From contig NC_068982.1 of assembly GCF_001194135.2 (NCBI RefSeq), positions 168,832,309 to 168,896,308 of the forward strand: a stretch of DNA of 64,000 bases, read 5' to 3'. Made by a program: the position numbers and the translations under genes. The notes beneath the pieces were generated by a model, which had not been told where the DNA came from, ran no database searches, and was given only the letters and a program-made list of their open reading frames with translations. This document shows, piece after piece, positions 24,578 through 39,788 of the stretch (position 1 is the stretch's first letter; every line of letters begins with the position of its first letter). The stretch is from Octopus bimaculoides. Its lineage: Eukaryota.

Positions 24578-27500
24578 GCAGATAGACAAATTTGATATAT
24601 GTATTGGGAAGGTGATCGGTAAATCATTGAGAGGGTTAGTGCTAAACATTAGGAAAAAATAATGTCTGAATCCTAATCGATAATCTGGCTATTTTTACGA
24701 CGGTTTATTTTTATTTACCTCCATCTAATCACCAAAATTGAATAAAAGAAATGTGTGTGGAAGTAATGTTATAAAAATCGTCATCTTGTGGCGTGTCATT
24801 CAGGCGGACATTTAATAACAAATGGGAAAATAATATTTAAGAAATATTTCTAAGTTCCACATTTAGCCGGTTTCCTTTTTCACATCATTTTTATCAAGGT
24901 TCGTCATTTAGTTTGCTGTTTACTTCGCTTTTCTCTAGTTTTTTTTTTATCTTTTTGTTTTTTATCGGTAGATTTTCGCTACTGTTTATCTATAAGGATT
25001 TTTTAGGATATCTTAGGCCGGACAAAAACAAAATTAATGCTTCGTTTGGATTTGACGAAGTTACACATTGAACATATAACGCTAAAGTGGAGAGAAAGGA
25101 GATACACAGACTGGATATACAGACTGACAGACAAACATACAGACAGACAGGCAAGTAGGCAGACGGGCAGGCAAGCAGGCAGGCAGACAGACAGGCACGC
25201 AGTCTGGCAGACAGACAAAAAACAGAAGCAACAAGATACATACAGAGACAACGAAGTGAGTTTCAGAGATGAGCAATTCGGCACTGAGGAGGTATTACGT
25301 AAAGGGATATGTTACAATTGGCTTTGATGTGCATGCAATGAGCACATTGAGAAAGCTCCTTTATGATCGCTTGACCAGTTAGAAATAACAGCAAAGTATT
25401 TATTAAATCACACCTTACCATCTTAAAAAATGGGAAGGACACATCAAACGATATAGTCTCTATAAAACAAAAAGATAGTCCCAATTAGAATACTTTTGAC
25501 CAAGTGTCTTCTTGATCAGGACTAACCTGGAACTAAGCATTAACAACGGTTGAGAAAACGAGCGAGGTTATATTTTGCTGTAAAGTTATTTTGAGGAAGT
25601 TTTAGCTGCTATTTGTGGCAGATTGAGCGACTCCTCGTGGCTTCTGAAGCTGTTGTTGAAGAATATCCACAGGCTAGCCCTCATCGAACAGACCTATTGT
25701 GAAATGGTTCCAGTTATGACAATCGCTTCTTTTTTTTCAGACAGTTTCTCCAAGATTACATTATAATCCTCGTAGGGTAGAAGCAGTGCTCATGACCTCA
25801 GTAAGCCATCTTAAACAAATGAGATTTAAGCTATTAATGTTCCTCTTTAACATTAGCTGGTAAAACTTAATCCGTCACTCGGTGCCATTTGATACTTTGG
25901 GTACCAGTAGCGGAGTTCGCATTCTTACATCGTTCTGAAGACATCTCTCTCCCTCCAAACGGACTTGGAGGTCATTGCCTTCTCTCCTAACCACAGGATA
26001 AAAAAAGAAAAGTCACGTGACTGCTTAGAGTAGTGGTTCTAATTGGGTGATGGAAAATTTTATATGGAAATAACAGAGGCAGTATGAAAGCGATACATGC
26101 ATATGTACAGATGTTTTAGATTTTGACTCCCATTTCACTATTAACTTTAGCGAAAATTTCAAACTGCTTGTTAGCTATATTCAAAATAACAACGACAACA
26201 AGGAGAGCGTCAACAATAACAATAACCTTCAAAAAATAAATGAATAAAGCCGAATAGACTGTATTTATGCTTATAACATTCGTTTATAGTGATAGGTAAT
26301 ACTAATGTAAGTAGCCACCAGTGTGAAACTAATACTGGGAGCTAAATCACTCTTGCCTAATATAACGTGTATGTACATTGAAATGGAAGAGAAATTTGTA
26401 TCGTAGCAAGGATGTGGAGCGTTAAAATATTATTAAAAGTAAAGGGGCAATAGTTAAAAAAGTTTGAGGAGCGAGGCTTGAACTATATAATTGCTCATAG
26501 TAGGACAACTCAGTTACCTGTTACACTAACAAGGTATTTATTTCTATTTTCCTCCGACTTTTAATTACGTTAGCCCAGCGCCTCAAAGCATATGTTCAGT
26601 CACTTAGCGTTAGAATGGTACGTCACATATAGGCAATATTGTAAATTCTATAAACTAAATGTTCAACTTCACTAACCAACTCCTTACAATCATTAACCTT
26701 CCGTTCTCTGCTTTTTCTAACATGATAATGGTCCTGTTTTTCTGATTGATTATTGTTAAAATATTCATATTTCAGTATGAATAAGCTCGGCCTCACCTTA
26801 AGTCAATGTTTACGATGAATAAACAATCCCTTAATCAAATTATGAATGATTTATCTACCATTTTCACTGTTAAATTATATCAGGTATTATAACCCCCTGG
26901 CAGGACACGAAACACGTACCTACAATTTACTGCGCCACTTCACTTTCCATTGCACAACAGTAGACAAAAGCTATTTGGGGCAATCAGTAATGCCTTTTAA
27001 AGCGACTTATACGTTGTTCGGCTCACACGCTAGAATCACTTTTATTCACGTTCCAATGAGCGACGTTTTCAACGTGGAACTATATTCTTAATGGAAGATA
27101 AACTGTTCTATAAATCTGTCCGATGTACAGTCCGCATTACCAAGTTTTGACCCAGGAGTTTCAAGACAATTTGAATAAAAGCCAACATATTATTTCAATT
27201 TTAAATGAAACATTGAACTTCTGTTGGGGTAACCAACAATAACCACATTGATGTCCAGGGAGTTTGTCACTCCCTCATATTGAAATTGCTGACGTTAATT
27301 TTTTTTGTTCTGTAATCTCTATATTTACGTGATTATGTAATCATTCCATTCCTATCCACCTTCTATGTGATCGCATATTCACGTGACAACAATGTTATTG
27401 TTTTTTTTTTGCGCAGAATTCGTAGGAATTTGATAAGGTAAAGGAGACAGACTTGCGATAAAGCTTAAAATATAAACATTTGACGATAAATACTTGAATC

Positions 27501-28082
27501 GTCTGCGCACACTTTTCCTAACACACGTTGTTATGTAATGTGTTGCAGGTGGTAATAATAGGGGTGGCGGCAAGATTGATTGATTGAGATGTTGCTGAAA
27601 TAGTGGTGGTGGCAGTAGTGGTGTTACGTTGACACAGTAGTAGTGGTGATGGTAGTGGTGCTACTGCTGCTTCTGCTGCTGATGTTGGCGTTATAAACGG
27701 TTTCATGAAAGAGGAAATTGATGTAATATCCTGACGAGACATCTTTCGTAGATTATAGTGTTTCGTAAGCGTGTATATTTGTATGTATGTCTGTGTATAC
27801 CTATACTTGTGTTTGTAAGTATGTTTGTAAAGCGATACCCTTGAAGTGTAGCGATGTATAAAGTTGTGTAGTTGTAATAGACAATAGAACGATTGTTTAC
27901 AGCATTGCGACGCGGTGGTATACTACAGCGTCATAATGTAGTATATTGTGCAGTGCAGTGTAAGTGTATTGCCAGCATTTGAATTCATTCCCTTAGCTCC
28001 AAATAGTTTCCCAGTCCTCTAAATTGATTCATTGAATTATATCTCTTCCTTACAAACATATGTCCTTGTGCTAATTTAATGC

Positions 28083-28743
<661 letters not shown>

Positions 28744-29110
28744 TTCAGAGCAGAAGGCATATGGTTGCCAAGTGGTGAAATGATGAAGGCAATTCAACCT
28801 CAATCCAGCTATAAACACCTAGGAATATTTGAGGCAGATGGAATCAAACGCAATGACATGAAGGAAAAAGACAAAAAGAGAGTACCTGTGGCGAGTGAGA
28901 AAAATATTGACTTCAAAGCTAAATGCCAGAAGCATAATTTCGGCAATAAACTCGCGCGCAGTCACATTAGTTCGATATGGCGCTGGAATCCTGAAGTGAA
29001 CTGAGGAGAAACTAAAGGAGATGGACAGGAAATCAAGAAAGCTTCTAAAGAAAATTCAAACAAGAAAAGCTCATAATAATACAAAAAATGTAGAGGGAGG
29101 AGCTTAGTTA
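28744..29110 (+). mobile_element. RT C-terminal fragment of an R4/Dong-like LINE
   Basis: YKHLGIFEADGIKRNDMKEK, then after a frameshift KEYLWRVRKILTSKLNARNIISAINS..YGAGILKW..EMDRKSRK. Confidence 0.65.
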
Positions 29111-29753
29111 ATGAACTCGACCCTAATACTTAGCTGGTACTTTTATTTATTTTGTTGAACACAGGAGGAGGGATAAAGGCATAATTAAGTTTGGTGATAT
29201 TCGAACTCAGAAGGTTAAAGTGTCATTACTAAAATCCAAAAGGCATTTAGCCCGCGATATTTGTTGCCATGGCTGTCGTTTGTCGATGACAATTGACTAT
29301 CTTTAGTTAGTTCAAAAAAGCGTTTTGTCTTTCTTGTTTTGTTTTTTTTTTCATGTTGGGGCATTCTGAACTGCTGGAAAGAGGGCCTTTGGACTATGTA
29401 ACGACTTCCTTATTTACTGGAGATAAATATATTTATACATTTTTGTTTTTGTTCTTTTATTACTGAGTATGTTTCTACGAACGGCTTTGTAACACTTTTA
29501 GCATTTCAATTGATATTAGAAAGAGGTATGCGTCACCACAGCGATATACAGTTGTTGTAATAGTGTACTTGGTTGATAATTGGTATAGTTGTTATAACGG
29601 CCTGGTCATTTTTCGTCTGTTTATTGGGTTGGCATATCATGGTCAGATCATACAACAGTGTCTCATCTATTTAATACTATGAAAACACTGAAACTAAGGA
29701 TCAACGAAATTACTCAGATTTCAGGCCTTGTGACTACAGTAGACAAAATTATC

Positions 29754-29804
<51 letters not shown>

Positions 29805-30179
29805 ATTATTATTATTATTATTAAGACTGCGAGATGGCAGATAAAATAAGTACCAGTTGTGTCTGTAGTAGAAAGATTATTATTATTATTTCGTTTTTGT
29901 ATTTGGTTTGCAAGATTCTTCATGTGAATTTGTGTGCTGAAGCATATTGTGTTTTAGTGCCTTATTAATGTAACAGACTCACCAGTCTGATTTCAGCTCA
30001 GTTACTTATTTATTTTTACATGATCAACTGGTTAAGGTCAAGCAACTGACATACAACTCTGTGGTGCTGAGAAGAAATATTTGTTGTAGCCTATATTTTA
30101 TACCACGTCAAAATATGTACGTGATAACACTTCCAATCAGTTAAGATCAGAAGTCATGAGAGCCAGTGCTCGGTATTGC

Positions 30180-30905
30180 AAGCTAGCAGAATCGTTAGCA
30201 CGCCGGGCGAAATGCTTCCCGGTATTTCGTTTGCGTTTACGTTCTGAGTTCAAATTCTGCCGAGGTCGGCTTTTCCTTTTATCCTTTTGGGGTCGATAAA
30301 TTAAGTACCAGTTGGGTAGTGGGGTCGATCAAATCGACTACCCCCCCCCCNNNNNNNNNNNNNNNNNNNNNNNNNNNNNNNNNNNNNNNNNNNNNNNNNN
30401 NNNNNNNNNNNNNNNNNNNNNNNNNNNNNNNNNNNNNNNNNNNNNNNNNNNNNNNNNNNNNNNNNNNNNNNNNNNNNNNNNNNNNNNNNNNNNNNNNNNN
30501 NNNNNNNNNNNNNNNNNNNNNNNNNNNNNNNNNNNNNNNNNNNNNNNNNNNNNNNNNNNNNNNNNNNNNNNNNNNNNNNNNNNNNNNNNNNNNNNNNNNN
30601 NNNNNNNNNNNNNNNNNNNNNNNNNNNCTTGTGCCTTTATTAGAAAGGATTATTATTACTATTATTATCATTGTTGTTGTTGTTATGAAGGTGGCGAGCT
30701 GGCAGAATCATTAGCATGCCGGGCGAAATGTTCACCGGTATTTCGTCTGTCTTCGTGTTCTGAGTTCAAATTCCGCTGAAGTCGACTTTGCCTTTCATCT
30801 TTTCGGAGTCGATGAAATAAGTGCCAGCTGCGTATTGGGGGTCGATGAAATCGACTATCCTCTTCCCCTAAATTTCAGGCCTTGTGTCTATTGTAGAGAA
30901 GATTA
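30180..30905 (+). mobile_element. Two family C SINE copies on either side of an N-gap
   Basis: 30180-30350 and 30688-30905 both match family C. Confidence 0.8.
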
Positions 30906-32118
30906 TTATTATTATTGGTGGTGGTGTCGGCGGTAGCAGTAGTAGTAATATTTTTTTAATTTTTACAATTTAGTCAGAGAAGGAAGGCTCAGTTTCTATA
31001 CCTCTCTTCAACGCCTTAGAGACTGGAGTGACGATTGGAGGAAATTAAGCTCTGGCCGGAGAAACTCGGCACGAGTACTTTCAACAGAGTGGATTCCTAC
31101 AGAGACAGAGTTCATGTTTTAAAGTGGACGATAGATTAAGTCTACCACCCAAAAACCAGAGTGGTCCTTTCAACGGGAACCTTTCTTCTTGCACACGACA
31201 ACTGTCTACCTAATTTCCTTTGCATATCAAGTGAATCAAATTTAGACAAATGCGTAGCTATGGCAAGAAATACTTTCTCTAAATGCCACATAGTATAATG
31301 GAGCCTGGAATCGCGTAGTTGTGAAGCAAGTTTTTAAGCACACAACCTTACCTGCGTTCAACGTGTTTGTGTCAGTGACCCTCTCTTTAATACAAAAATA
31401 TTCTTTTCTTTAATAATGATGAACTGGTTGTCTCTAACTGCGTTTATTATATTACTTTTATCATCTGACATCTGAAGAAGATAAAATGCGTGAATGAATT
31501 GAGTGTTATATTAGCGACTATTCAATCTAAATTCAAAAACTTTGCAGTCATTTCGTTCTTACATGTTTCATCCTAAATTTCATTTGTGGAAAATACAAAG
31601 ATGGCGTAAAACTTGCAATCTATTACTGGAAAACGTATTATTTATCATTCGCTTACAAAAATTGCAAAAAATAATCTACAAAATGGATCATTGTGCAAGA
31701 CTTTGATATCATGAAGCTATTGAAAAATAGAATATAAAATAAGTATCTGAAGCAATTCTCTATCCCATCCAGTATTAATGAGTATCATTATTGTATTAGA
31801 TTTTCTACAGACGAAATCTTAGATAAAATTAAGCTTAAAAATTGACTTTTCCTGCTAACGATTGTCGTACAGTTGGTATGAAACCCGAATCAAAGCTTGC
31901 TGATAGTTATTTCACTTTGTTCTTAGGATTACTAAGCAATATTATAAACTCATAAATGTTTGAACAATCTTGGCACTTTAGAATTATAGGAAGCTGGCAA
32001 TACGAATCGTTGACTGAATTGTTTTTATGCATAAGAAACGTATTCAATGTAAACGAACATCAACTGGGAAGAGAAATGAACTACAAACTTGAAGCATATA
32101 AACAGGAAGGGCTCAGTC

Positions 32119-32170
<52 letters not shown>

Positions 32171-32430
32171 AGACAGTAGCTTTCTTGTGTTTTACTTTTA
32201 GTAAATTAATTACAATCGAGCATATGTTTTCCTTGAGTACGTCCATTGCTGAGTTTCATAAATCGAAGACTTTCTAAATTTTGCATTTCAATTTATTTTC
32301 TTAAATTGATTTCTTTCAAGAGTTTTCAAGTTTTTTTCTTTATTAACTTTTATGAAGTAAGTCAGCTGTAAGCACATTTCCCCAGTAAATAAATGCTGCA
32401 TTGACTAATTTCATGCTAGGTTTTGAAACT

Positions 32431-32484
<54 letters not shown>

Positions 32485-33913
32485 TGGTCAGAACACTTGA
32501 TACGAAGATTTTTTGTTTATATGTAATTTTACAAGTTGAAACTACAACTGTAATATTAGAACTGTAGATTGGCAAAATAATTATAGCGTCTAGGAAAGTC
32601 CATTTAGTATTTAGTTACCTCCCTTTGCGTTCTGAGTGAACAATCTCAGCGATAAGATTTCCTTTTAATTTCTGAGTCAATAGAATAATATGCCAGTCAA
32701 GTACTGAAATCAGTTAGATCGATTATAGAGCTTTCCACAAAAATAGAGAATGTTATTTGACATTATACACATCAAGCTGAGACAGAAAAATAGTAACAAA
32801 CCTCCTGACGTCAAGAGGCCTCTTGCTCTATGTTAGGTCTCAGATGGGTGCTTACATTGTCAAATATCATTTATATTAAAATGTTAGTCGTTAATTCATA
32901 ATTTATTCAAATTGTGATGTTGAATGTTTCAGATAATTAATAAAAAAATAAAATAAAATGCTTAAAATGTTACGACGTTTACAATATTTCAAATACCTGT
33001 TACTTAGTTGCAATTGATACGCTAGCTGCTAGTTTCAATTTAGAAATGTTTAAGAAAAATAATCTTTTAAATCAAACGAATTCTTGTAGTGTGATATTCC
33101 GATGCAAGTAAACAATGAAAGCAAAACACAACCGCACAAAAAAAATGAAAGAAATAAAGGAAAAGTTTTTGTAGAAGTGCCATTTATTGTGTTCTTTAGT
33201 TTCGTATAAAATGATGGCAACACGTTTCGTGACAGTTAGTAAGAATCGACTGAATGGAGTTATAAATTGCTTGTTTTCTGTAAAACTCTTCTTTTCCATC
33301 TTCTGACATTTACCACTATTGTTAATAACGGATAGACTTCCTTTTTCGTGTTCAAATCACATAACAGTTCTCTGCATGTCTTCCTAACATTTAGTTTACA
33401 ATAATAAAGTTTACAGACTGTACGAAATTTAGACGAAACTGTTTTGTTTTTGCAAATGTTTCGTATTTGTCTAAAAGTTGATAGGATTAGTGATTTTGAA
33501 TTAAATGATATTTCATTGTTTGTTTTACCAAATATCTTAATCAAGACAAGACAAAATAGTTCCATTTCAACTACATCTTCGTCTTCATTTTCTCAATTTT
33601 TTATTGCATTTCTTCTTCTTCTTCTTCTTCTTCTTCTTCTTCTTCTTCTTCTTCTTCTTCTTCGTTATCACTATCACGATCTTTTTCTTCTCTTCCTTTT
33701 CATCTTTTACTTCTTTTTTTAAAATCTTTTTGCAGAAACAAGTGGCTTCCCACGCGGTCAGCAAGTTAATCATTGCTAATAGACAAAGAAACCATTTTCA
33801 TCACTCATTTTCATTAAGACACCAAATATTAAACATTCGTATTAGTACTTCACAACATAATTGCGTGAGTGTGTGCGCCCGTGTGTGTGTGCACGCGCGT
33901 GCGTGCATATGTA

Positions 33914-33949
<36 letters not shown>

Positions 33950-33998
33950 ACAAACACGCGCACATACAAATACACGCATAGCACACAAACATGTATTT

Positions 33999-34070
33999 GT
34001 AGGTAAGTAAATAAATAGGTAGGTAAGTAAATAAATAGGTAGGTAAGTAAATAAATAGGTAGGTAAGTAA
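33999..34070 (+). repeat. 20-bp minisatellite, about 3.6 copies
   Basis: Unit GTAGGTAAGTAAATAAATAG. Confidence 0.9.
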
Positions 34071-35317
34071 TGCTGTGAATAATTTAGTTTACAACTGAAA
34101 TTGATAAATACGATTCACCGAGTAAAAGAAATTTCAATAGAAAACCTCTAGAGGATGGATGTACAAAATATCTCACCACTAACATCGATTAAACTTTCGA
34201 AATAATTCCCAACTCGCGTGTCAAATGTATGCACACAATGACATTCAAAATCACCTGACATCGCTATATTTCTTTGGGCGCCATGATTCTATGACTGAAT
34301 TCATTATGAAACATCTTCAGAGAGAATTAGGCACAGATTCTTATTAAACATCCGGCGATCTCTAGCAGCCGAAAATTTATGAGAGCAGCAAAAAGTTACG
34401 GAACCCCTTGCTCTAAGTTTAACATTTTACAATGATGCCAAAATTAAATAAAATTTTAACTTATGAAAATTTTAAATTATATTTACTGAATAATAACTTC
34501 TTCAGTAACCGGTACAGTTGAAATTAGAAAAGATATTTTACTGTGTAAATTGCAGAGAAAAAATAGTGATAGAAAACTGCTGAAGAATGTCCAAAGGGAA
34601 ATATTCCATAATTAATATCGAATAATCTCTTGAAATATGCTTCAGCTTTCATAACAGGTGTATCTTCATGATAATGTTCCTAACATAGTTGTTTCTGCAT
34701 GCATTATGAGTCAAGAGCTGAATATATGATCTGTGTGTGTGTGTGTGTGTGTGTATGCGTGTGTGTGAGATCATATGGTGCTACACTGGGTAAGAAACCG
34801 CATCGTTTGCAGTCCTGAACTCTTTCTGACAATTACCACCAGGAAAACCGTTGCATAATCACGACTACCCATCATGCCGCATTCGTTTATTATTACACAT
34901 CCCAGACTCCCATCTCCTCCATCCTATGCCAATCGAATGCTCAGAGCCTCGCCACTTTTAAACTAATTATTCCTAGTAAGACACGCGTTTCACTACTGAC
35001 CAATTCGAGATAGCTATGCAGATGAGATAAATCATACTCTGAAATATTTCCTTTACGTGCTTTACACAGAGCTTATTATAACCAAAATCACCCAAGTGGT
35101 TCACCCTTAGTTGTACTATTGCAATATTCTGCAAACAATATCTAGGAAAAAATTACTCATATCTACTAACTGGCTGTTCTTTTATCTCCCGCACTTCAAC
35201 TCATTTAGAATACCATTATAAAATAAAAGTCGACTCCATATTTTCTTACCTCTCAAATAGCAACCGAAACTATATGTCCTTTATCAAAAGGTTCCCTATT
35301 CCCCGCTCATCAACCAG

Positions 35318-35556
35318 AGTAATGTCGACGCCATTTATTTTTCAATGAAGTCATTTTGAACGAAGTTATTTTGAGAGAAACCTTATGAACTGTTATGTCT
35401 CAACGCTACTGATATCTAGCACCTTCGGATGATATCTACTCAACCGCTACACAACTGCTACTCGACTGCTACTCAGCACACCTACCACGGCCAGACTACC
35501 TCTATTTATATGTCTTGGGAGATCCTACTTCTTCGCCTGGGGGCGTTGACACAACA
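35318..35556 (-). mobile_element. Solo-LTR-like element of about 240 bp
   Basis: On the minus strand TGTTGTGTCAACGCC ... TATAAATA ... AAATAAATGGCGTCGACA, i.e. short inverted ends, a TATA box and a polyA signal. Second partial copy at 6875. Confidence 0.6.
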
Positions 35557-35619
35557 TGAACATACAGTACTTTCAGTGAAGGTTAATTTTACGTGAAATA
35601 TATATAATCGTATATATTG

Positions 35620-36110
35620 CGATTGACGTCAGCGATTGATGGGTATTAACTTAAATGACGGTTGAGTACCTCATTGGAATACCAAAAAGATAGAAATTGC
35701 ACTGAGAAAGAAGAACACTCGCATGCTCCCGAATCTGTTAAAGTCGGCGAGGAAAAGTTAAAGAAAAGTTTGCAAAGCTGCTGTAACTTCGCATGATCCA
35801 CCGAGATGCCTACTCCAAGACGCCATTGATGGTCTACCAAACCAACAGCAAAGATTGGATCGGGAGTAAAATTAAAACATACCGTATCTAGGAGGCGAAT
35901 TGTTATGAAGGACTACCCTCCATCCCTCAATCAGCTGCATCCATCGTTATTCCGGAATCCCTGCGGTCTACTTTCACGGGCGATAATTTTATTCTCCATG
36001 ACAGTGATATAAGTGATGAGAAAAGGATAATAATTTTTGACACTAATGTAAATCTTACTTGGCTGAGAGACAATCCTCAATGGTTAGCTGACAGAACTTT
36101 CAATTTGCAT
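35620..36110 (+). mobile_element. MULE/Mutator-like transposase remnant
   Basis: HDSDISDEKRIIIFDTNVNLTWLRDNPQWLADRTF matches the RIxIF..L..L..W.xDGTF motif of animal MULE transposases. Confidence 0.65.
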
Positions 36111-36390
36111 ATATGAAATGAAAATGAGCTAAGAGAAGTAACTCAGAGTGGCTAAAGGCATGTATGCAAACAATAAAGACCAATTAAGGAATATCAAATA
36201 TACAACATACATTCTCAATTTATTAAAATTTCTATCCTTCGATTTAGTTTACATTATGCAAAATTAATCTAGGCCACAAATGTTTTCTACTCCTTCTTTT
36301 AATATGCCTAAGTATCTAGTCTGCTGAATTCAAAAAGGGACAACTGCTATGCTGATGGCGTTTACTGAAGCAGAAACACATGTTTACAGC

Positions 36391-36696
36391 CAGTGGCGGA
36401 CTGGGTCTAAAAATATTGGTTGCCATGAGACTAAGGGGTCCCACCTGCAACTATAAGGGAGCCTACTCACAACTACAATGCTATCATTTAATTTTTTTTT
36501 AAGTATTCTTTTCAACTGTCTACTTACACAGTCAGGCTGAAATAATTAATGCATTCTTCCAGGAGTGAATGAAAAATTAATTCTGAAACTTGAGAGGATG
36601 GGCCCCTTAGATACATGGGCCCCCATATATGGATTCTAATGGCGCAGGGACCCATTTGCCATCGGGCAAGCTGGCAACCTGGCCAGTCCGCCACTG
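36391..36696. mobile_element. hAT-type MITE
   Basis: Terminal inverted repeats CAGTGGCGGACTGG / CCAGTCCGCCACTG. 8-bp target duplication TTTACAGC / TTCACAGC with one mismatch. Confidence 0.85.
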
Positions 36697-39288
36697 TTCA
36701 CAGCTGTCTTCTTGTTTTTTGATAATCCGTGTCTTTTTCAGAGTGTCGTTTGGCCTTAATGACAGTTGTCACAAGGTATTTCTTTATTCTTTTCATGAAG
36801 GGAAGATAATTTCAATAACTTAAAAACATATTTTGTATTAGTTTTAAATAAATCTCCTTATTTCAGTTTTTTTTTTTTTCCAATATTTCAGGTTATGCAG
36901 ATGTAAGCTGACGTCATGAGTAGATAAAGTTAATCGCTGAAAGAGAAACAATGTTTTTACTTCACGATGCTTGCTACAGATATAAGATATTTTCAATTAC
37001 CTTCGTTATTATGGTATTAACTTCTGTAACAAACTGTTTTAGCGTCTCTAACAATGGTCAAGGAAACCTTTGACAATTCATCTATAACCTATAACAGAAA
37101 CACTTTAACCACATTATTCTTAAGTCTGAGGTTATTAAGTACAATACAAGAATCCCAACTTTTCATAACTTAGCCTATTTTCCATTGTAGCTATGGTAAA
37201 ACTGTGGTGCTGTTGTACACCATTCATCTAGCTAAATGAGTTGATAACAAGAACATATATATTGATCACTGTAGCGATTCAATGAAACGATTGATTTATG
37301 GACCAGCGTTTCGTCAGTAAAGAAAGCCTTGCAATTTAGATATTGCATGCCAAATCCATGTCTTTGTAGGATGTTTCTACTTGAATCTGCTTGAGCGTTT
37401 CCCTTTACCACATAGCTACGATCGATACCTTTTATTTTGATTAATTTTCAAAGCTACAGAGTGTTTCTTTGGTATTAATTGTGTTCGGTGTTTCTTTTCT
37501 CTAGCCCAGAGCGACAGTCTTGGAATATTACTGGCAGTCATTAGAAGACCAGTTAATCAAGCAAGAGATACCACGACATGGCCATCAACTTAGAAGTGAA
37601 TGCTATTGTTACAATGAAATACGCATACATTTAGTTGTTTCCCTCAGAAGAATGGCAAAAGAAACAAAATGTAATAATAATTTCAATACAAACAATTAGG
37701 TTCTTCTAAATTTTTGTTGTGATTTTGCTTTTCTTATTTTTTGTTAGGTTGGATTTTTAACGTTATTTTTTTTATAGCTTTATGTCCTTCGAAATGCATG
37801 GCTACTACTGTAGTGTATTTCTTCTTCAAGACTGTCACTTTAGATCTCCCTACACAAATCAATCTAACGTTCTTGAATATTCTTTCTCTACATCATTAAA
37901 AAAAATTATCAAAATCTTTTTCCAAAGATTTTATTTTACCGTATTTCATGAGTGGAATTACAGCAAAAGAAAACAGAAAACATACCCATTTCATTATTGT
38001 TTTATTATTTTCTGCGCATCCTACTCACACGTCTTAAAATATATGACCCAGTCATCTGAACGTAAATATATTTTGCTAGAGAGCCGAGTGTTAGATAACT
38101 GATGTCTGTATATCGGTAAAAAAAAATCATTGAGGATTCTGATAGTTAATTCTTAAATGGTTCAAATTATTTCACCGCAAATAGATGGCATGTGATTGTA
38201 TATTTCACTGAAATAACTGAGCCAATGTGGAAGCCTATACATGGTCACATGATCTGAAAAATAGTAGTTAAATCTCCCTTAGATCACATCTTTATGTCTT
38301 GTACAAGGTCACAATAGATAATACACGCCAAAACTGACATCATAATCCAATCCAATGGACAACATCAGAAAATGTGCATAACTGACGCATTTCGTTGTTG
38401 TCATTTTTTTTTCAGACACAAGTCAGCTTTGATCATTCAAATGTAAGGTTACTTAAACTTACATTTGAATGATCATTTTGGCTTCCTGCAGAAGCCATCA
38501 TGTTTTATTATTTCCTTCACGTAATAGAACATTTCTTTCCTTAAGACTCTAAGGTGCAATTGTGGGGGGTGGTTCATTGCTATTTCTAGCAGATACAATG
38601 ACCATGTAAAGATTCCTTCGTTAGCTCGATTTAATGCATGTTGCTGTTTATTCCTAGATCATCCTTGAAGGAAAAGACCTGAAATAACACGTTCCAGCCA
38701 TAATCATCCAGTTTTTGGAGTTACATTATCTAAACTGCTCTTTTCATATTTAAGATGATAATGTGTAGTTTGAAGAAGATTCAGTTGTTACTTCTTTCTG
38801 ACCGAGAAGTCACGTACAGACACTCTCGCGGTCTCTTTGTCGGCTAGTAGCATTGATTTTTAAAAGCTGCTAAGTTTCTAACTAGGAGAAGAATAATCCC
38901 ACTTGGCTGTTTCAGCATTAAATAAACAAAAAAGGAAAAGACACCAATTTCACGATGCAATGTGTTGTGGGAGTCACATATATCAGTCAACATCGTTACA
39001 GTAACAATGAATTTATCAGTCTCGCTTTTATTAATAATTATCACACCAAACACAATTTTTATACACAAATAATAAGAGTGTCAGCTGCATTGGCCTCAAA
39101 AGCAACAATCCTATTAATGTCCCTGTTTAAAGAGATAAACTGAGAGATTCAACTCCTTCATTCAAAACTGCTGTATTTCTTTAAGGTCTCAGAAGAAAGC
39201 AGAATATAGAAGCATGCTGATTTAAAAACAGATGTGAACATAAAAGAAACAATTATTTACTTGCAAACAGGTCTGAGTTTCATACAAA

Positions 39289-39788
39289 TCATACCAGCTC
39301 ACGGAAATAAATCACTAAAAGAAAGAAGTTACTTATATATGTTAAGCTGTGGTAAGATATGGCACCGGACGAAATACACATTTCATACGAGTGCTCGTCA
39401 TAGCAATCTATACTACATAAAACGCGAGTTTGTAATTCTTTGCTGAACTGTATTTTTGGTTCAGTTTTTGCATTTACATACATGTTTTGAAGATATTGTT
39501 TGAAAAGTTTGTCATCAGTCTGCATTCTATTGCGTAACTTTAGTAAAGATGCAGCTGAGAGGTCATCAAGGTCATAGCTTTCGGGCATAATATATTCCTG
39601 TTCTAGAAGAACTTGTCCCTTCTCATTTGCTTTCGGTAAATTAACGTAATATTGTGTGATCTGAAGTAACTGTTTCGATGTAACGTTATATCTGACAAGA
39701 CGGGCTGCTGGATTCCGGTTATAATCATACATCCATGGTGTCAAAGCAGGCGCTACGAAAATAGGAACACCGTTGTTATTTCTTAAAT
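39289..39788 (-). CDS. SMPDL3B: SMPDL3B-like, terminal coding exon
   Basis: Acceptor TGTTTTTCAG. Translates ..LRNNNGVPIFVAPALTPW..NPAARLVRY..QYYVNLPKAN..EY..YDLDDLS..C..C..C..SSGAISYHSLTYISNFFLLVIYFRELV*, with stop TGA at 39291-39289. Matches the family C-terminal half and ends in a hydrophobic tail. Confidence 0.9.

Noticed and set aside
33260-33565. Cys-containing minus-strand ORF resembling a piggyBac cysteine-rich tail
   Set aside because: Spacing is unconvincing and no terminal repeat or catalytic region is seen.
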